The notes: generated by a model from the sequence alone, not told the origin. A stretch of 64,000 nucleotides of DNA from Gekko japonicus (GCF_001447785.1 NW_015162487.1:875255-939254); one strand, 5' to 3'. Positions 35,570 to 48,737 are shown, numbered from the stretch's first letter. Made by a program: numbers and translations.

Positions 35570-36827
35570 CTACTCTTAGGTCTTCACAACTCAAACATTC
35601 GCTGGAGAAGAAGACAGCCAAAGTTGGTTGTCTTTCAATATATTCTTCCTACATCCACCATTTTATGCTTTTGTTTTAAAGCTGAACACATGCAATCTAT
35701 TCTCTGGAGGATGAGCACTGCAAACTGAACTAAAGTGTCTCTGAAAAGGCACAGAACAAGTCACTACATTTAAGAAGGCATATTTGGTGGAGCCAAATGA
35801 AAACAACTAAGTATCATCACAAACTTCATCACCGGTGTATTTTACAGACCGCGCCCAGTAGAGTGCCTCAGAACCTTTTTGAAAGCCTTAGTTAAGCTCA
35901 GGTTTTCACCAAACTGTAACTGCTTGATCGGCCAGAAGGAAACATGTCCAAGGTATAAAATTCTGGATCGTGCCAGCAAGGCATTCGGCTAGAGATGTTC
36001 CCCACTGCTCTAGGGAAGCCCACTTAGTAACAAGGAACACCCACGTATGTCGCAAAAGGTTTCTGCTGTTTTTGGCTTCCACATCAGACATGGACAAAAC
36101 CATTTAGTGAACAGATTAAAAAACCCACAAACCCACAGTTTTTCCACCTTACAAGTCAGCAAACATCTCCAATAAATTGTTTTGGATCCACCTGCTCCTT
36201 TAAACATTTAGCATTTTTGCCTGCCGCCGTCAGATTTGCTCTTTCCTGTGGTAACCCGCGCCACCTAGTGGCCAAAGCGTTTTTAACAGCTTAGCGGATA
36301 TTTCCGAAAGGGCTGGTTTCCTACATTATCTTGCGCTTTTACAAGGCTTGTCACAAAAGCACACCCCAATGAAGATGCCCCACTGAAACTGGTCATTCAT
36401 ACTGATTTTGCAGGTGAGATCTAGGAGCAAGTGCCACACGCCTGGGCTCCCTAACGCTGCGGGAGAGAAGCATGGGTGCAACCCCCTAAGAAAGGCAGCG
36501 GGTACAGCTGCAGAACAGGGAAAGGGGTGTGTGTGTTTGTGGGGGAGGGGTGATCGGCTAAGGAACAAACGAGAGGGATGACAGTCAGCATCGAGCTCCA
36601 TGTGGAATAAAGGCTTCCTCTGGGGCAGAAGCCCCCTTGGGAGAAAGAACCTCCTCAGGAGACAGGGATTCGGATGGCCAGGAGAAGGTGGATTAAAAGC
36701 CCCGGGAAGAAGGAAAATGGGGAGAGGGAAGAATCAGGTGGCTGGGAGAGGCAGGAAGCTGGATAGGAGAGCAGCCACCAATGCTTGGGGTCCATGCAGC
36801 CTGGAAAGACCGGCGCCTCCCAGGGAC

Positions 36828-37028
36828 CAATGCTCCCTCTAAGCTGTGGAGTCTTGTGAGCAAAAATTCTACTTTGTGAGCTACTGGCATTAAAGTTGTG
36901 GGTGAGCGATTTGGCTGCTGCATAAATCGGTTTACTCTGGAGCCATCCTTGAACTAAGACAAAAATGTGTAAGCTGGAGGCTAAAAAACTGAGCTGGCTC
37001 ACACTAACTCAACCTAGAGGGAACACTG
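36828..37028. mobile_element. hAT-type MITE family A copy
   Basis: Family TIRs and body. Confidence 0.8.
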
Positions 37029-38244
37029 CTTGGGAGGTCGCGATCCTGGCCAGGAATGCACAGGACGGAGAGCCTCCCGGGACGCTGCCAGTCTAGCAGC
37101 CTCCAGGTTTAACCCTGCAAGGAGGATGCAGCAAGCCAGAGGCTGAGGCCTAAAAGTCCTGGGTGAGGAACTCCCAGAACCTCATGCGGAAGCTGGCGGA
37201 AGTGGTGACTGGAGAATGGACCCCGACCCCACCAGGCTGAACTGGAACTGTCCGTCTCCGACAACTGTTAAAGAAATGTGAGCCATTAAAGCAGCACCTC
37301 TGCCATTCGCTGTCACTGGGAGTGGGAATAACCCCATAGGGGGAGTAGCCTCAGTGCGCATGTGCGCTTGACAGGATACTCCGCGACTAATTTACTAATC
37401 ATTCCTGAAACACTAAGCATGCAGTGCTTTTCACCAGCAGGCCTTCACAAGATTCATTCCCAAGGTATGGCAGAGGAACCTAATATCACAGGAAATAGAG
37501 GGCCATTCATTACTGCAGACGGCAAGGTCACTGGCAAAGAGGGCGGGTTAGCTGGTCTGCAGAACTGTTTGGACTTCGGGAGACAGAGCGTTAACAAGCA
37601 CCCTTCTGCACCGCAGGACTTCTCTTGTTCATGCCCTGACCTGTGGAATAAGGCGTCCCCATGCCAGCTGCAGTAGGGGATCGCAGTTATCGTAAATAAT
37701 TTCTCAGGCTGGGACCAAAAATACTCATAGTGACCCGATTAACAATCAGGCATCATTGGCCAAACTGATGTCAGATGGTGTCTGCTTCAGCCTGCCCATA
37801 TCAGCCTGCCCAAGACTTAACCGTGCTGCGCCCGGGGAACCAGCTTAGCCCGATGTGAGGCTGGCGGGCACAGAAGACTTGGAAACCTCCTGCTCCCAGC
37901 ACTGTATCTGGTATCTTTTCTTTTGGCTTCCTGGGACTGCTTGGAAACGCATTCGCACCAGAGAGCCTTTGAAACTGGGTGAGCTTCCGCACTATTGCTG
38001 CTAACTGCCTTTAAACATCTGGTTCACGGGTGCTGTGCTGCACTGCAATTATCGCTGGGCAACTTTGCCCTGACCTGGATGGCCCAGGCTAGCCCAATCC
38101 TGGCACCTAAGCAGGGTCGGTCTTATTTATAGTTATCTGTCTATCCAATTTCTACCCCGCCCTCCCAGCCAAGGCCGGCTCAGGGCAGCTTACATAAAAA
38201 TCAACCCATAAATTACAACAGAACAGTTAAAACAACGCTAAAAC

Positions 38245-38670
38245 CAGAGGTCATTTCGGGGGGAATCGCGGGGGATCGCAGTTCCCCCGGGCGAGGTACG
38301 GGGGGCGGGGCACATGACGAAGCCCAGCCCCCCGCTCCCGCTGCCCCGCTTCCGGCCCTCATTCAGCCAGGAGGAGGCAGGAGAAGAGGGAGGGTAAGTT
38401 GCTTCCTCCCTACCTCTCCCCACCCCTGCCTGCCTGGGGCCAGGGCGGGCCTTCGCGGGGCTTCCTTGCACTCCCACCGGCCTTGCAGGTCCACCGCCGG
38501 GCCCCTCATGGGGCTCAGCAGTGGAGCTGCAAGGCCAGCGGCGGCCGGGACCGTTGGGGGCAGGGGGTGTGGCCTTATGACACACTTCCGGTGATGTCAG
38601 GGGGTGTGGCATATGCTAATGAGTTATGCTAATGAGTTCCCCTAGCTCTTTTTCTATGAAACGACCCCTG
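38245..38670. mobile_element. GC-rich hAT-type MITE inserted in an L2-like tail
   Basis: TIR CAGAGGTCATTTC...GAAACGACCCCTG; perfect 8-bp TSD GCTAAAAC. Confidence 0.85.
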
Positions 38671-39407
38671 GCTAAAACCATTTAACCGCCTAACGTAACA
38701 AGGGCTAGTATTATTGTCATCGATTTAACGATGGCTGCCATACTTGGTTCTCACATCCAAGTAACTTGGATATTTAATGATACTCGGTTCTCACATCACA
38801 CAGTCAGCTCCTAGGTCTTCTTCGGATGTCTTTCGGGCGACTGGCTCGGGCTGTTATTAGACATTCCAGGGACAACCGGGCTCTCTATCCTTCAGCTGTT
38901 AATTGTTAATGATACTTAACGGTGGCGGCGGCTCCAAAAGCCTGGTGGATGAGCTCTATTTTACAGGCCCTGCGGAGCTCGTTCCACCAGAACGGAGCCA
39001 CCACCAAGAAAGCCCTGGCCCTGGTTGTCGCCAGCCTGGCCTCCTCAAGACTCAGGAGGGCCAATCGGTTCTGGGCCCCTGATCGCAGTGCTCTTGGGGG
39101 AGTACTTGGATGGGAGACCACCAAGGAAGTGCAGGGTTGCTACACAGAGGCAGGATAGGACATCTCTTGCCCTGAAAACCCTACGGGGGGGGGGTGTCAC
39201 CGTGAGTCAGCTGTGACTTGACGGCGCTTTCCACCACCACCGAGCGGCTTTGAGCCCCTATTAAAGAGAAGTGTGGGAGATCTATAAAATAATCCTGGTG
39301 CATGAGCTGCAGATTCCATGAAATTCTCCACCACCACTACCCCCCCCCCCCCCGGGAAAAAAACCAACCACCAAAATCAAGGTAGAGGAGATTCAGTTAT
39401 GTCTTAC

Positions 39408-39527
39408 CAGCGTCACTATTGCACATTCGGCAGTCAGCTGCGCCGCACTAAAGAGTGTACGTACAAAGCGGTAGATGTGCTTGTGATCGGGATCGTGCTT
39501 GAAGTAGTCGTCCGGAACCTCTTCCCG
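39408..39527 (-). CDS. CCNYL1: CCNYL1 exon 7 (120 bp; [40 protein letters not shown])
   Basis: ttcag/gtaaga boundaries; start of cyclin box. Confidence 0.96.
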
Positions 39528-40944
39528 CTGAAAGAGGACACAGTGGGGGTGGGGGGGGGACTTTTAGAGGCCGAGTGAGGATTACTCTTGGAAAGCGTGG
39601 CAGGGACGGTTGCACGGGTTGCCTTTAACCAGTTATGTGCAAAGGGTGGGGCTACACGGGGGGCCCAGCCCGAGCGGTTTCGTCCTCCTCTTTTGTGCCG
39701 CAGATTCCCCAGCTTCCCAAAAAGGAATCTCACTCAATGACTGGGGGGGGGGGTGGCTTTAGAGCAGGTTCTGAGAGATACGAAGAGCCCCCTATTGAAA
39801 CAGAAAAACGGCGGGAAAGTGCCAATAGCCCATTCCTTTCCCATTCATGAAGCTGCCTTACACAGAATCAGACCCCCCTGATCCATCCAGGTCAGTACTG
39901 CCGCCTCAGACTGGCAGCCGCTCTCCAGGGTTTCTGGCAGAGGACTTTCGTGCCACCTACTGCCAGATCTTTTAACTGGAAATACTGGGGATTGAACCTG
40001 GGACCTTCTGCATGCCGAGCAGGTGCTGTACCACTAAGCTACAGCCATAGCGCCACGGCCCCTCCCCAGAGCAAGGGTGCATACGGGTGTGTGTGGAGGA
40101 GGAGACCTGGAAGGGAAAAGGTGCTGATAATGTTTCACTGCCCAGCACAAAGATATGTGCATGTCCCTCCTTCCTTCACGTGAAAGACAAAGGGGAGAAG
40201 ATGCAACCGCGGGAGGGATAAAAACCATGGCAATAGCAGCACCGGAGAGCTAATTTTAAGTGCTTGGAGAATGACTGCTTAATTCCAGAGACCCCCCCCC
40301 CCCCCTTTAGCAGAATGGACCTGTGGGGTCCAACACGGTGCTTATTTTCAGATAATTTTATGCTCATGATTTCAAACAGGGTTTCTGATAATTTGCAGAT
40401 TCTCCAGGATTTTGTAGAGAGGTGCTGACTGGACCCCATTGAGTGCTCTTCTTTCTCTGAGTCCCATATCCTTTGTCACAGAGCCTATCCTGTCTCTTAG
40501 AACACAGGGCCGTCTCCATCAGAATCAGGTGCCAGTTCTCAATCTCTGTGCGAGATGGGAAAGGCCCATGTCATTTTGCAGACAGAATCACAGAGTTACA
40601 GAACTGAGCCAACAATCAGGTAGTTCTCCAGCATTAGAGAGGAGTCAAATACCTGGGTGGCCTTCCCCGTCTTTGGTATCAACCGATAAATTAAGTGCTA
40701 CGTGATCACTGGCAAAAGTGTCTCCCCCTACAGTGTCCTCTGCAAAGAAAAGCAACCTTGAACAAGGGGGTCATAATCTTCTTTAAAAAAAAAAAAAAAG
40801 ACCTTACATTTGCAGTGAGCAGATTTAAATTTTAAACTACGTTATTTTTAGCCATTCCTTTTCAGCCACCCCGCTTCACTTCTCAGGCTGGACGCACTCA
40901 AAACAATCAAGACAGACTGAGATGGAGAAAAAAATCAGCTTTAC

Positions 40945-40996
40945 CGTGAGCGGGTGAGATTTCTCATCAAAAATATCCAGTGATCTGTCCGAATCC
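40945..40996 (-). CDS. CCNYL1: CCNYL1 exon 6 (52 bp; DSDRSLDIFDEKSHPLT)
   Basis: tgcag/gtaaag boundaries; LDIFDE-HPL motif of the cyclin Y family. Confidence 0.94.
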
Positions 40997-42408
40997 CTGC
41001 AACACAGGAAGGGTCACGTCGTGGGGATTTGCAAAGTTTTTACCAAGACAAACACTTGAATTCCATTTAGCATCATCTTGGAAAAACCCAAGAGACAAGC
41101 ATGATGTCCCCCCCCCACAGACACAATCAGTGGCCGATGTCTCCTTTCCTGCCCACCCCCCTTTCCCCATCGCCATTTTTTCCCTGCACAGTTGCGCAGT
41201 TCTAAATTTTTAAAGCGACAACAGTAAGACTACAAGCAATATGTTAAAAAAAGTCTTACATTTTAATTTTTTCCATTTTCCCCTGTGTACTGTTGCATGT
41301 ACGAGCGTTGGAGGTGTCTAAAGCCACTTGCCTTAGAAATCACACTTGGGTTCAGGCCACGCTCACCTAAACAGGCGACCAAGAGGCTCTGGAACAGGCA
41401 CACCTTTCAGGCCAGCCTCCCTTACAGGGTTGCTGTGGTTAAATGCCACCCTGAACAGTGCAGTCCTGTGCAAAGTTACTTCCTTCGCAGCCTACTGATT
41501 TCAGTGGCCTTCGACTGGAGTGACTCAACAGAGGCTGCGCTATAAGCTGCTTAAAACGAAGGGTGGGATACAAATTACAGTTATGAAAATTGCTCTTTTT
41601 TCATGCACTGTTCAAGGCTTTATGAGCTTTAATCTCGATACTGACAATTGTCGGCTCGTAAGCAGCTCCAGGGGATCAGGCACGGAAACTTCTGTGAACC
41701 AGAAGAGTTTGTGGGTTTTTCCTCCTTCACTCTCAGACATAATACACCACAAACGGTTAACACAGGTCGGAGTGGGCAGACAGGCTAACAGTGGGGGGGG
41801 GGCCCTCCAAGGCAGACAGGCTGACAGTATTGGGGGGTGGATCCCAGTCTTCATATCACCGCTCAGGTTATAGATGAGGATTTTGCACTGGCAAGTAATT
41901 CACGAATATTTACATGTGTTACAACGGCATACATCCAAGAGCAGAGCCTGAGCAACGATTCAAGTGAGAGTCTGATATTAAGGGACTCCCCTCAACCTCA
42001 GAGTAAATTCCTTCTTTCCTTCATTTACTTAACTCATTCGTGTCCCACCTCTCTCCCCAGTGGGGACCCAAAGCAGCTTACATCCTTCTCCTCTCCTCCA
42101 TTTTATTCTAACAACAACCCTGTAAGGTAGGTTAGGTTGAGAGACTATGACTGGCCTAGGGTCACCCAGTGAGCTTCAATGGCACAAGTAAGGATTTGAA
42201 CGTGGGTCTTCCCGATACTAATCTGACACTCTTAACCACTATACCACACTGGCTACACACAACTTCAGTGGAGGAGCTCAACGTCCTCCACGGAGGAGAG
42301 AGTGAGGAGAGGTGCGCATCCATCACCAGTCTCTGCCAGCCCCGTTTACAAAGCTGCTGTGCACAGAACTTCCAGGCACAGGGAATCTTTAACCAGATTT
42401 CACACAGG

Positions 42409-43081
42409 GGGTGCGTTCAGACGGGGCGTTTCTGCCAGCATAAACTGCACCGGTTGGAACCGGTGCAGTTTATGCCGGCAGAAACGCGATCACACTTACC
42501 CTCCCTTTTGCGGATCCCTCCGGTGGACGCCCACTCACACGCTGCGGGCGTCAGCGTTTTTGGGGTTTTTTTAAGGACAGTTTGAGCATGCACATATGCA
42601 GCCATTCAGAGAATGGTGATTTTTGCGCATGCTCAACCCCCCCCCCCATTACATTTAAACTTTAAAGGTAAGGACTTACCTTTAAAGTTTAAAGCCCAAC
42701 CTGGCCTCCCTGTAGTCCCGGACTGCTCTGGGAAGTTAAAGTAAGGGCTTTTTTTTTTTTCTTAACAAACGCTCGGGGCGAAGCTTCGCCCGAGCGCATA
42801 TCGCTTTTTTTTTTTTTAATGGCGGGGGAAAGCCGGAAGCCTCAGGCTTCCGACGGAAGTGGCTGTACAACGTTTGGAGAGCGATCAGACGCCGGGGTGC
42901 ACCGTTTTCAACCGTTGCACTCAGTTTACCACCACTTGGGACCTAGTGGCAGAGTGCAACGGTTTAAAGGGATTTACAACGGTTAGGGACGGGAGGCAGA
43001 TGTTCACCGTATGAACGCCTGTAAGTACACCGGTTGGAACCGGCACCCTAACCGTTGTAAATCCCCCGTCTGAACGCACCC
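42409..43081. mobile_element. PIF/Harbinger-like non-autonomous element (673 bp)
   Basis: Perfect 18-bp TIR GGGTGCGTTCAGACGGGG...CCCCGTCTGAACGCACCC; 3-bp TSD AGG; CpG-rich. Confidence 0.8.
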
Positions 43082-43502
43082 AGGGTGTTGTTCAGTCTTT
43101 GCATTCACAACTACTTCTCTCCGGGGCAACTTCAACAGTTCTAAATAAGTTATTGATTTTGATCCATCATGAAGGGGAAGCGACACACTCCAGAGGTCTA
43201 GACGGCTGTCTTGCAATGCTTGCCTGAAATGCGATTGTGATGGGACAAAGTGCTCACAGACATTTCAAAAGATTCATGTTTTATAGTTAGGTTTTCCTTG
43301 TGACTTCGCAGTACATGTTTAACTCTAATCTCTGGACATTAATTCATTCCTAGTTTGTGCTGGGGGCAATGGGCTGTTCTGGGCTAACACCAGAACTTTA
43401 GCTTAACACCACCAGAAAGAGCTCTGGATTTCTCAGATGCCAGAGACTAAGTTAGAAAGCATCAAACCTACGAACAACAATGAAAAAAACAAACACGCTT
43501 AC

Positions 43503-43538
43503 CTGTTCTTTATGTGATAGTATATTGCTAATGTCACA
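43503..43538 (-). CDS. CCNYL1: CCNYL1 exon 5 (36 bp; CVTLAIYYHIKNR)
   Basis: cacag/gtaagc boundaries; frame consistent with flanking exons. Confidence 0.94.
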
Positions 43539-44041
43539 CTGTGAAGAGAGGGGAGGAAAATGTCATTTTATGGGCAACGGTCCTGCAAACTCCTCTTTGA
43601 CAAAAGATTTTATAACAAAATCCACGGTATGATCCTTCCATGACGAGGTGGGCCTGTTTTGAGTTGTGCTCAAGATGAAATTGTCTACGAATGCACGGTA
43701 AAAAATCTCTGCATCAAATACCCAGTATCTGTGCTAATGAGGAATTGCAACCACACCACAGAACAGTTTCTAGGTTGAACAGATACACACTTTTCTTGAA
43801 AAAAAAATGACAGAAAACTAATTTGCGTACACCCACTGAGGAAGAGATCATCAGGGTCCACAAATCCGAGAGATTACCCTGTTTAATAGCAGATAAAGCT
43901 TATGGGGACATAGCCCACACGATCACGAATTAGTGCGACGATTCTACCCTCACCCCCTTCCAGTTACAGCAAAACAGATGGGCCTCAGGGGTCGCTGGGC
44001 CTCACCCCACCCTGAAGCACTGGGACTGCAGTGTTCTAGGC

Positions 44042-45016
44042 CAAAGGTCTCCAACATGGTGCCTGTGGGAGCTATGGGGCCTGGCGGCACCTTTCCTAAC
44101 ATCCGAGTGTATAAAATTTAAACCAATTCATACAGGACCCCCCCCCCATCAAGAGGCAGGCAACATACACACATGAAGCTGCCTTAGACTGAATCAGACC
44201 CCCCCCCCCCCCCCCGGTCCACCAGGGTCCGTCTTGTCTGCTCTGGCAGCAGCTCTCCAGGGTCTCAGGCGGAGAGAAGTCTTCCCCATCACCTACCGCT
44301 AGGTCCAATATTTTAGAAAGGGGGCAGGGTCAAGTGGGGCTTGTGTCCAGCAGGGCTTCGACTGGCTATGCAGTCTAAAAGGCGTCCTGTTATAGCAGAG
44401 CTTCTGCCTGAAATGTTGAAGAGTTACTGCGCTCCCCAATGTTTTGTGGCTGGTTCCACCCTCCTGTGGCAGCCATTTTGTCATTGTGCCCACCGATGCT
44501 CCCTCTGAGCAAAAACGTGAGCTGCTGGCATTAAAGTTGCGAGCGAGCGATTCGGCCACTGCATAAATTAGTTTACTCTGGAGCCATCTTTCCTGAGACA
44601 AAAATGTGTCAGCCGGAGGCTAAAACACTGTGAGCTAGCTCACACTAACAGCTTAGAATAAGAAGAGAAGAAGAGATTAGATTTATACCCCGCCCTTCAC
44701 TCGGAGTCTCAGAGCAGCTTACAATCTCCTCCCCCTCCCCTTCCCCACAACAGACACCCTGTGAGGTAGGTGGGACTGAAAGAGCTCTTTTGAGAACTGT
44801 TCCTGAGAGAACAGCTCTGGAAGAACTTGTGACTGACCCAAGGTCAAACCAGCAGCTGCATGTGGAGGAGTGAGGAATCAAACCCGGTTCTCCCCGATTA
44901 GAGTCCGCGCTCCAAACAACTACACCAAACTGACTCTAGAGGGAACACTGGTGCCCACCACCTTGTGTCAGGATTCCAAATGTGCCCACAGGCTTGAAAA
45001 CATTTGGGGGTCCCTG
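44042..45016. mobile_element. hAT-Charlie-like element hosting nested SINE and MITE insertions
   Basis: TSD TTCTAGGC/TTCTAGGT; relative at ~34336-34619; nested family-A MITE 44494-44950 (TSD GTGCCCAC), itself split by a Squam3-like SINE at 44660-44936. Confidence 0.75.
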
Positions 45017-45957
45017 TTCTAGGTCTATCTGTGAGCAAGCACGGCCCATGATGAGTTATGAGAGCTAATGGAGGCAAGGCTGCATTAGGTAAAGGAGGAA
45101 AATGGGGTGAAGACTTTACTGAGCAGCCCGAAAGAGAATTTTCTGGACCTTAAGGTCAGCCACACCAAATAGTCCCTGCCGAGGAGTCAAGGCAGAGAAG
45201 TCTCAAGTAGGGATGTGCATTTCGGGATCCCGAGCCAAAAAAAAGCCGAAAATAACGTTTTTCGGCTTTTTTCGGCTTTCGGGATCCCGAAATAGCCTTC
45301 TATGAGCTTCCTGAAAGCCGGAAAAAAATCCCGAAAAAATTCGGGTTTTTTTCGGCAATGCCGAAAAATGGCCGCTTTGCCCTGCTTTGCCCTTTAAACA
45401 TTAAAGGGCGGCCCGGAACCCCCGTTTTCCCCGCCGTTTCCGCCTCTTTGGCGCCATTTTCTCCTGTTTCCCGCCTCTACCTCCTGTTTTCAGGAGAGAG
45501 GGGGGAAGAGGGGACCCAGACCAGCCAATCACTGCAATGCATTTGCAAAATGCATTGCAGTTTGAAACTTTGTGACTTTTTGCAGGGCTGTTGTGTGCAC
45601 CTGCCTTGCTCCAACTTCCTCTTTCCCCAGGGAGGGAGGGGGAGCACTAGTGTGGCCTGTGGCCCAGTGGCCAATAGGGTTTTTTGGCATCTGCTCTCTG
45701 GCCAATCACAGAGGGTGTATCTTTTTGAAATCCTCTGTGCATGGTCAGAGAGCATAAAAGGAGCCAGTCTCCCCAACCTGACTCCATTGCTGACTTGGTT
45801 CTTGTGCTGACTGTTGGAGAGAGAGAGGGTTTGTTGGCCTGACTGGTTGGCAATTTTCTGCTGCCCTGCTGCAGTGCTGCTGTTCCGGCTGAGTGCTCCT
45901 CCTGACCTAACTGATCCACCTGGACATCACCTGAGCCCTTTTCCTGGCATGGTTTCT

Positions 45958-46126
45958 TGCATTTTATTTGCCACAGCCTGTGTTCCCTTTTATCAACCTC
46001 ACTGAGACTAGCTTTCCACAACTTAAAGGAATCCTTCTTACCTTTTACAGCTTCCATTACTTTGTTTGTTAACCATGCAGGCCTTTTTCTATACATATTT
46101 GTGCCTTTCCTGACCTGTGGCATATA
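45958..46126 (-). mobile_element. Internal CR1 ORF2 fragment
   Basis: YMPQVRKGTNMYRKRPAWLTNKVMEAVKGKKDSFKLWK resembles the CR1 endonuclease-RT linker. Confidence 0.65.
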
Positions 46127-46427
46127 TAGGGCTGCCAATTCCCCCTGGGGGGCGGATTTCCCCCCGCTTTGGAGGCCCGATTTCCGCCGCCGCGAAATCG
46201 GGCCCCAGGGGAAACCCCACCCCGGCGTGCACGTCACCCAGATGTGACGTGATGACGCCAGGCACGCTGGGGGTGCGGCTACAGCCATTTGAGGGGGAAA
46301 CATAGAGTTTTCCCCTCAAATGGCTGTGGCCCTGCCCCCAGTGTGCCCGGCGGCATGACGTCACATCCGGGCTGTGCACGCGCGCAGGAGCCCCCCGCCG
46401 CCAGGTAAAAAAGATTTGGCAACCCTA
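46127..46427. mobile_element. hAT-Blackjack-like MITE
   Basis: TIR TAGGGCTGCCAA...TTGGCAACCCTA; no matching TSD. Confidence 0.65.
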
Positions 46428-46433
46428 CACCTA

Positions 46434-46962
46434 TGTCGTGATCTGGGCTGTGCCACCAGAGGCCTACTAGGCCCAAGGACCCTGGCTAGCAGTAGGGGAG
46501 GCTGGGCCTACAAACCCCAGAAGGCCTGGGGACATTTTGGTGCTGATTTTGACCAATGGGGAAGAAGAGGGCTAGGGACTGGTACAATAAGAAAAGCTGT
46601 TCTTCCCAGGGAACAGAGCCAGAAGAAAGAGGCTGCTGTGGGGAAGAAACCCTCATCCTGAGGGAAGGGTGAGTAGTCCTAGGCCACTTGAGATAGTGAG
46701 CTAGGGACAGTATATTTAGACGCATCTGGGCATTTGATTTCTTTTCTTTTCACCCACTTACTGTTATTATTCCTGCACCTTGTTTGTTTGACCTCCTATA
46801 AAATAAACCTTTTCCTTGTTATTTACTCTGCCTGGTCCTCACGCCTATTATTCGGCCAAAAGGGAGGTCTGATGGTCTTGGGAGGGTGCTCTGGGGCTTC
46901 TCAAGGGATCTTAAATCCAGAGTGGTGGCAGTGTCAGGTGACACCCCACCTGAGCCGTGACA
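46434..46962 (+). mobile_element. Probable solo LTR
   Basis: TGTC...GACA ends, near 5-bp TSD ACCTA/GCCTA, TATA-like site ~46711 and AATAAA at ~46802. Confidence 0.5.
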
Positions 46963-48443
46963 GCCTACCATCCTCAGCCTTCATGGAGCCAGACTCTCCT
47001 GCTCCCCCCCTCACTGCAGCCCAGCAAGCCCCATGAAATGTTATTCCTTGGTGGCCAAAGCAGACCCCTCAGGAAAAGCACAGTGGCTCCAAAGGAACCG
47101 CCTGGTTGGATACATACCACTCTTGCAAGGAAATGAGGGTTGGAGAGTGGGGAGCTCCATTACAAGGAACCACACCAACACATGGGCAAAATAAACTTGC
47201 TATGTGTTAAGATTGGAAAGAGCTTGCCCTGCAAGATGGGCCAACTACAATGGTATAAGGTGCTTTTCTGCAAAGTTCCCTGGGATTTAGGAGCACCCCA
47301 AAAAAGAACACATCTCAACTGGGAAGCTGTAGGCAAATTCTGTTACTTGTGCGTTAGGAGGGCTGGAACAGAACCAGGGAGCAGGAGGTCTCCAAAGCCA
47401 CCAGCCACGCAACAGAACTGAACTGTCCTCGACACAGGCTTCCTTGATGGAGTTTAAAAAAAGGGGAGGAAGGAAGGAAGGTTCTCTCCAACAGCCTTCT
47501 CTGAGTGCTGCTGTACTGCCTAGCCCAGACCTGTTTCATGTAGGACATGGCTAAAATTGTCGGATATTGTAACTCTGCATGCAAGTGGATCTGGGAGGGA
47601 AAGGGTTAAGAGAATTCTCTCATTCAGTGGCCCCGCCCTCTCATCTGTCAGATGTTCGGCCTCTTTGGCCATTGCTTGCTTTTGGTTTTTAATTATATCT
47701 TCTCTCTCTTCCCTGGGCTCGGAGCTGTAGCATGTTAACCTTTCTGAAGTTAATCTGCTCACAATAACTTAAATATACCTACATGAATATGTCATGTGAG
47801 ACGTGCTTCTATTTTTGTAAGTAAAAATTCTTTCTCCTGTTACCACTGGAGTCAGATCATCTTTGTCATTTGAAAAGCATTTTCCCCTCAACTGGGAAAC
47901 GTGGGGGCTTGGGGATACTACGTAAGGCTTTTGTGCTTCCAAGGCAAAGAATTTTTTTATATATTTAAACCCCCCCCCCCCCCAATACACTGCTTTTAAA
48001 GCCTCTGCTAGTTCTTGGGGACAGTTCAAAATTTATTTTCAGCACCAGCTGCAATGCCAGACTTTGGCTTAATGTGATTTACATGCGCTTTGTCTTTTGT
48101 TGTTAAATATACAAGAGACATCTGCTTAGCCTTTTTCTGCCCTGGCCACAACCTGGTGGAACAGGCCCCCATCTGATATTACTGTTCCTCAGGGCCTGTA
48201 AAACGGAGCTGTTCCACCAGGCCTTTGGCTGAGGCAGCAGGCAGCCAATAAAAAACTTGGCCTCCCCTGCTGAAATGGAAGCCTACCACCTCAATGAAGC
48301 CCAGATCAGTAAGATCTTAGAGACCCAATGGCACCGGCTTGAAAATAACATATATAATGAAACAGTGCGACCTGTTTTGTGTTTTTTCTTTTAAAATCTA
48401 TGCTACTATAAATTGTTTTTATTTATCTGTAAATTCTATTTAT

Positions 48444-48737
48444 CAGGGCTTTTTTTGTAGAAAAAGCCCAGCAAGAACTCATTAGCATAATAGGCCACAC
48501 CCAACAGCAGAAACTCATTAGCATATTAGGCCGCACCCCCATGTTACCAGAAGCCACATCCACCTTTTGCTTCTTATTCTGTTTACCTTGTTTGTTATCA
48601 AAACTCAGGGCTTTTTTTGTAGCAGGAACTCCTTTGTATGTTAGGCCTAATGTAGCCAGTGCTAATGAGTTCCTGCTGGATGTGGCCAACTTGGGNNNNN
48701 NNNNNNNNNNNNNNNNTCCTGCCCAAAAATAGCCCTG
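48444..48737. mobile_element. hAT-type MITE (contains N gap)
   Basis: TIR CAGGGCTTTTTTTG...CAAAAATAGCCCTG; perfect 8-bp TSD CTATTTAT. Confidence 0.85.

Noticed and set aside
36600-37340. Possible solo LTR around the MITE at 36828
   Set aside because: LTR-like composition, but termini and TSD could not be defined.
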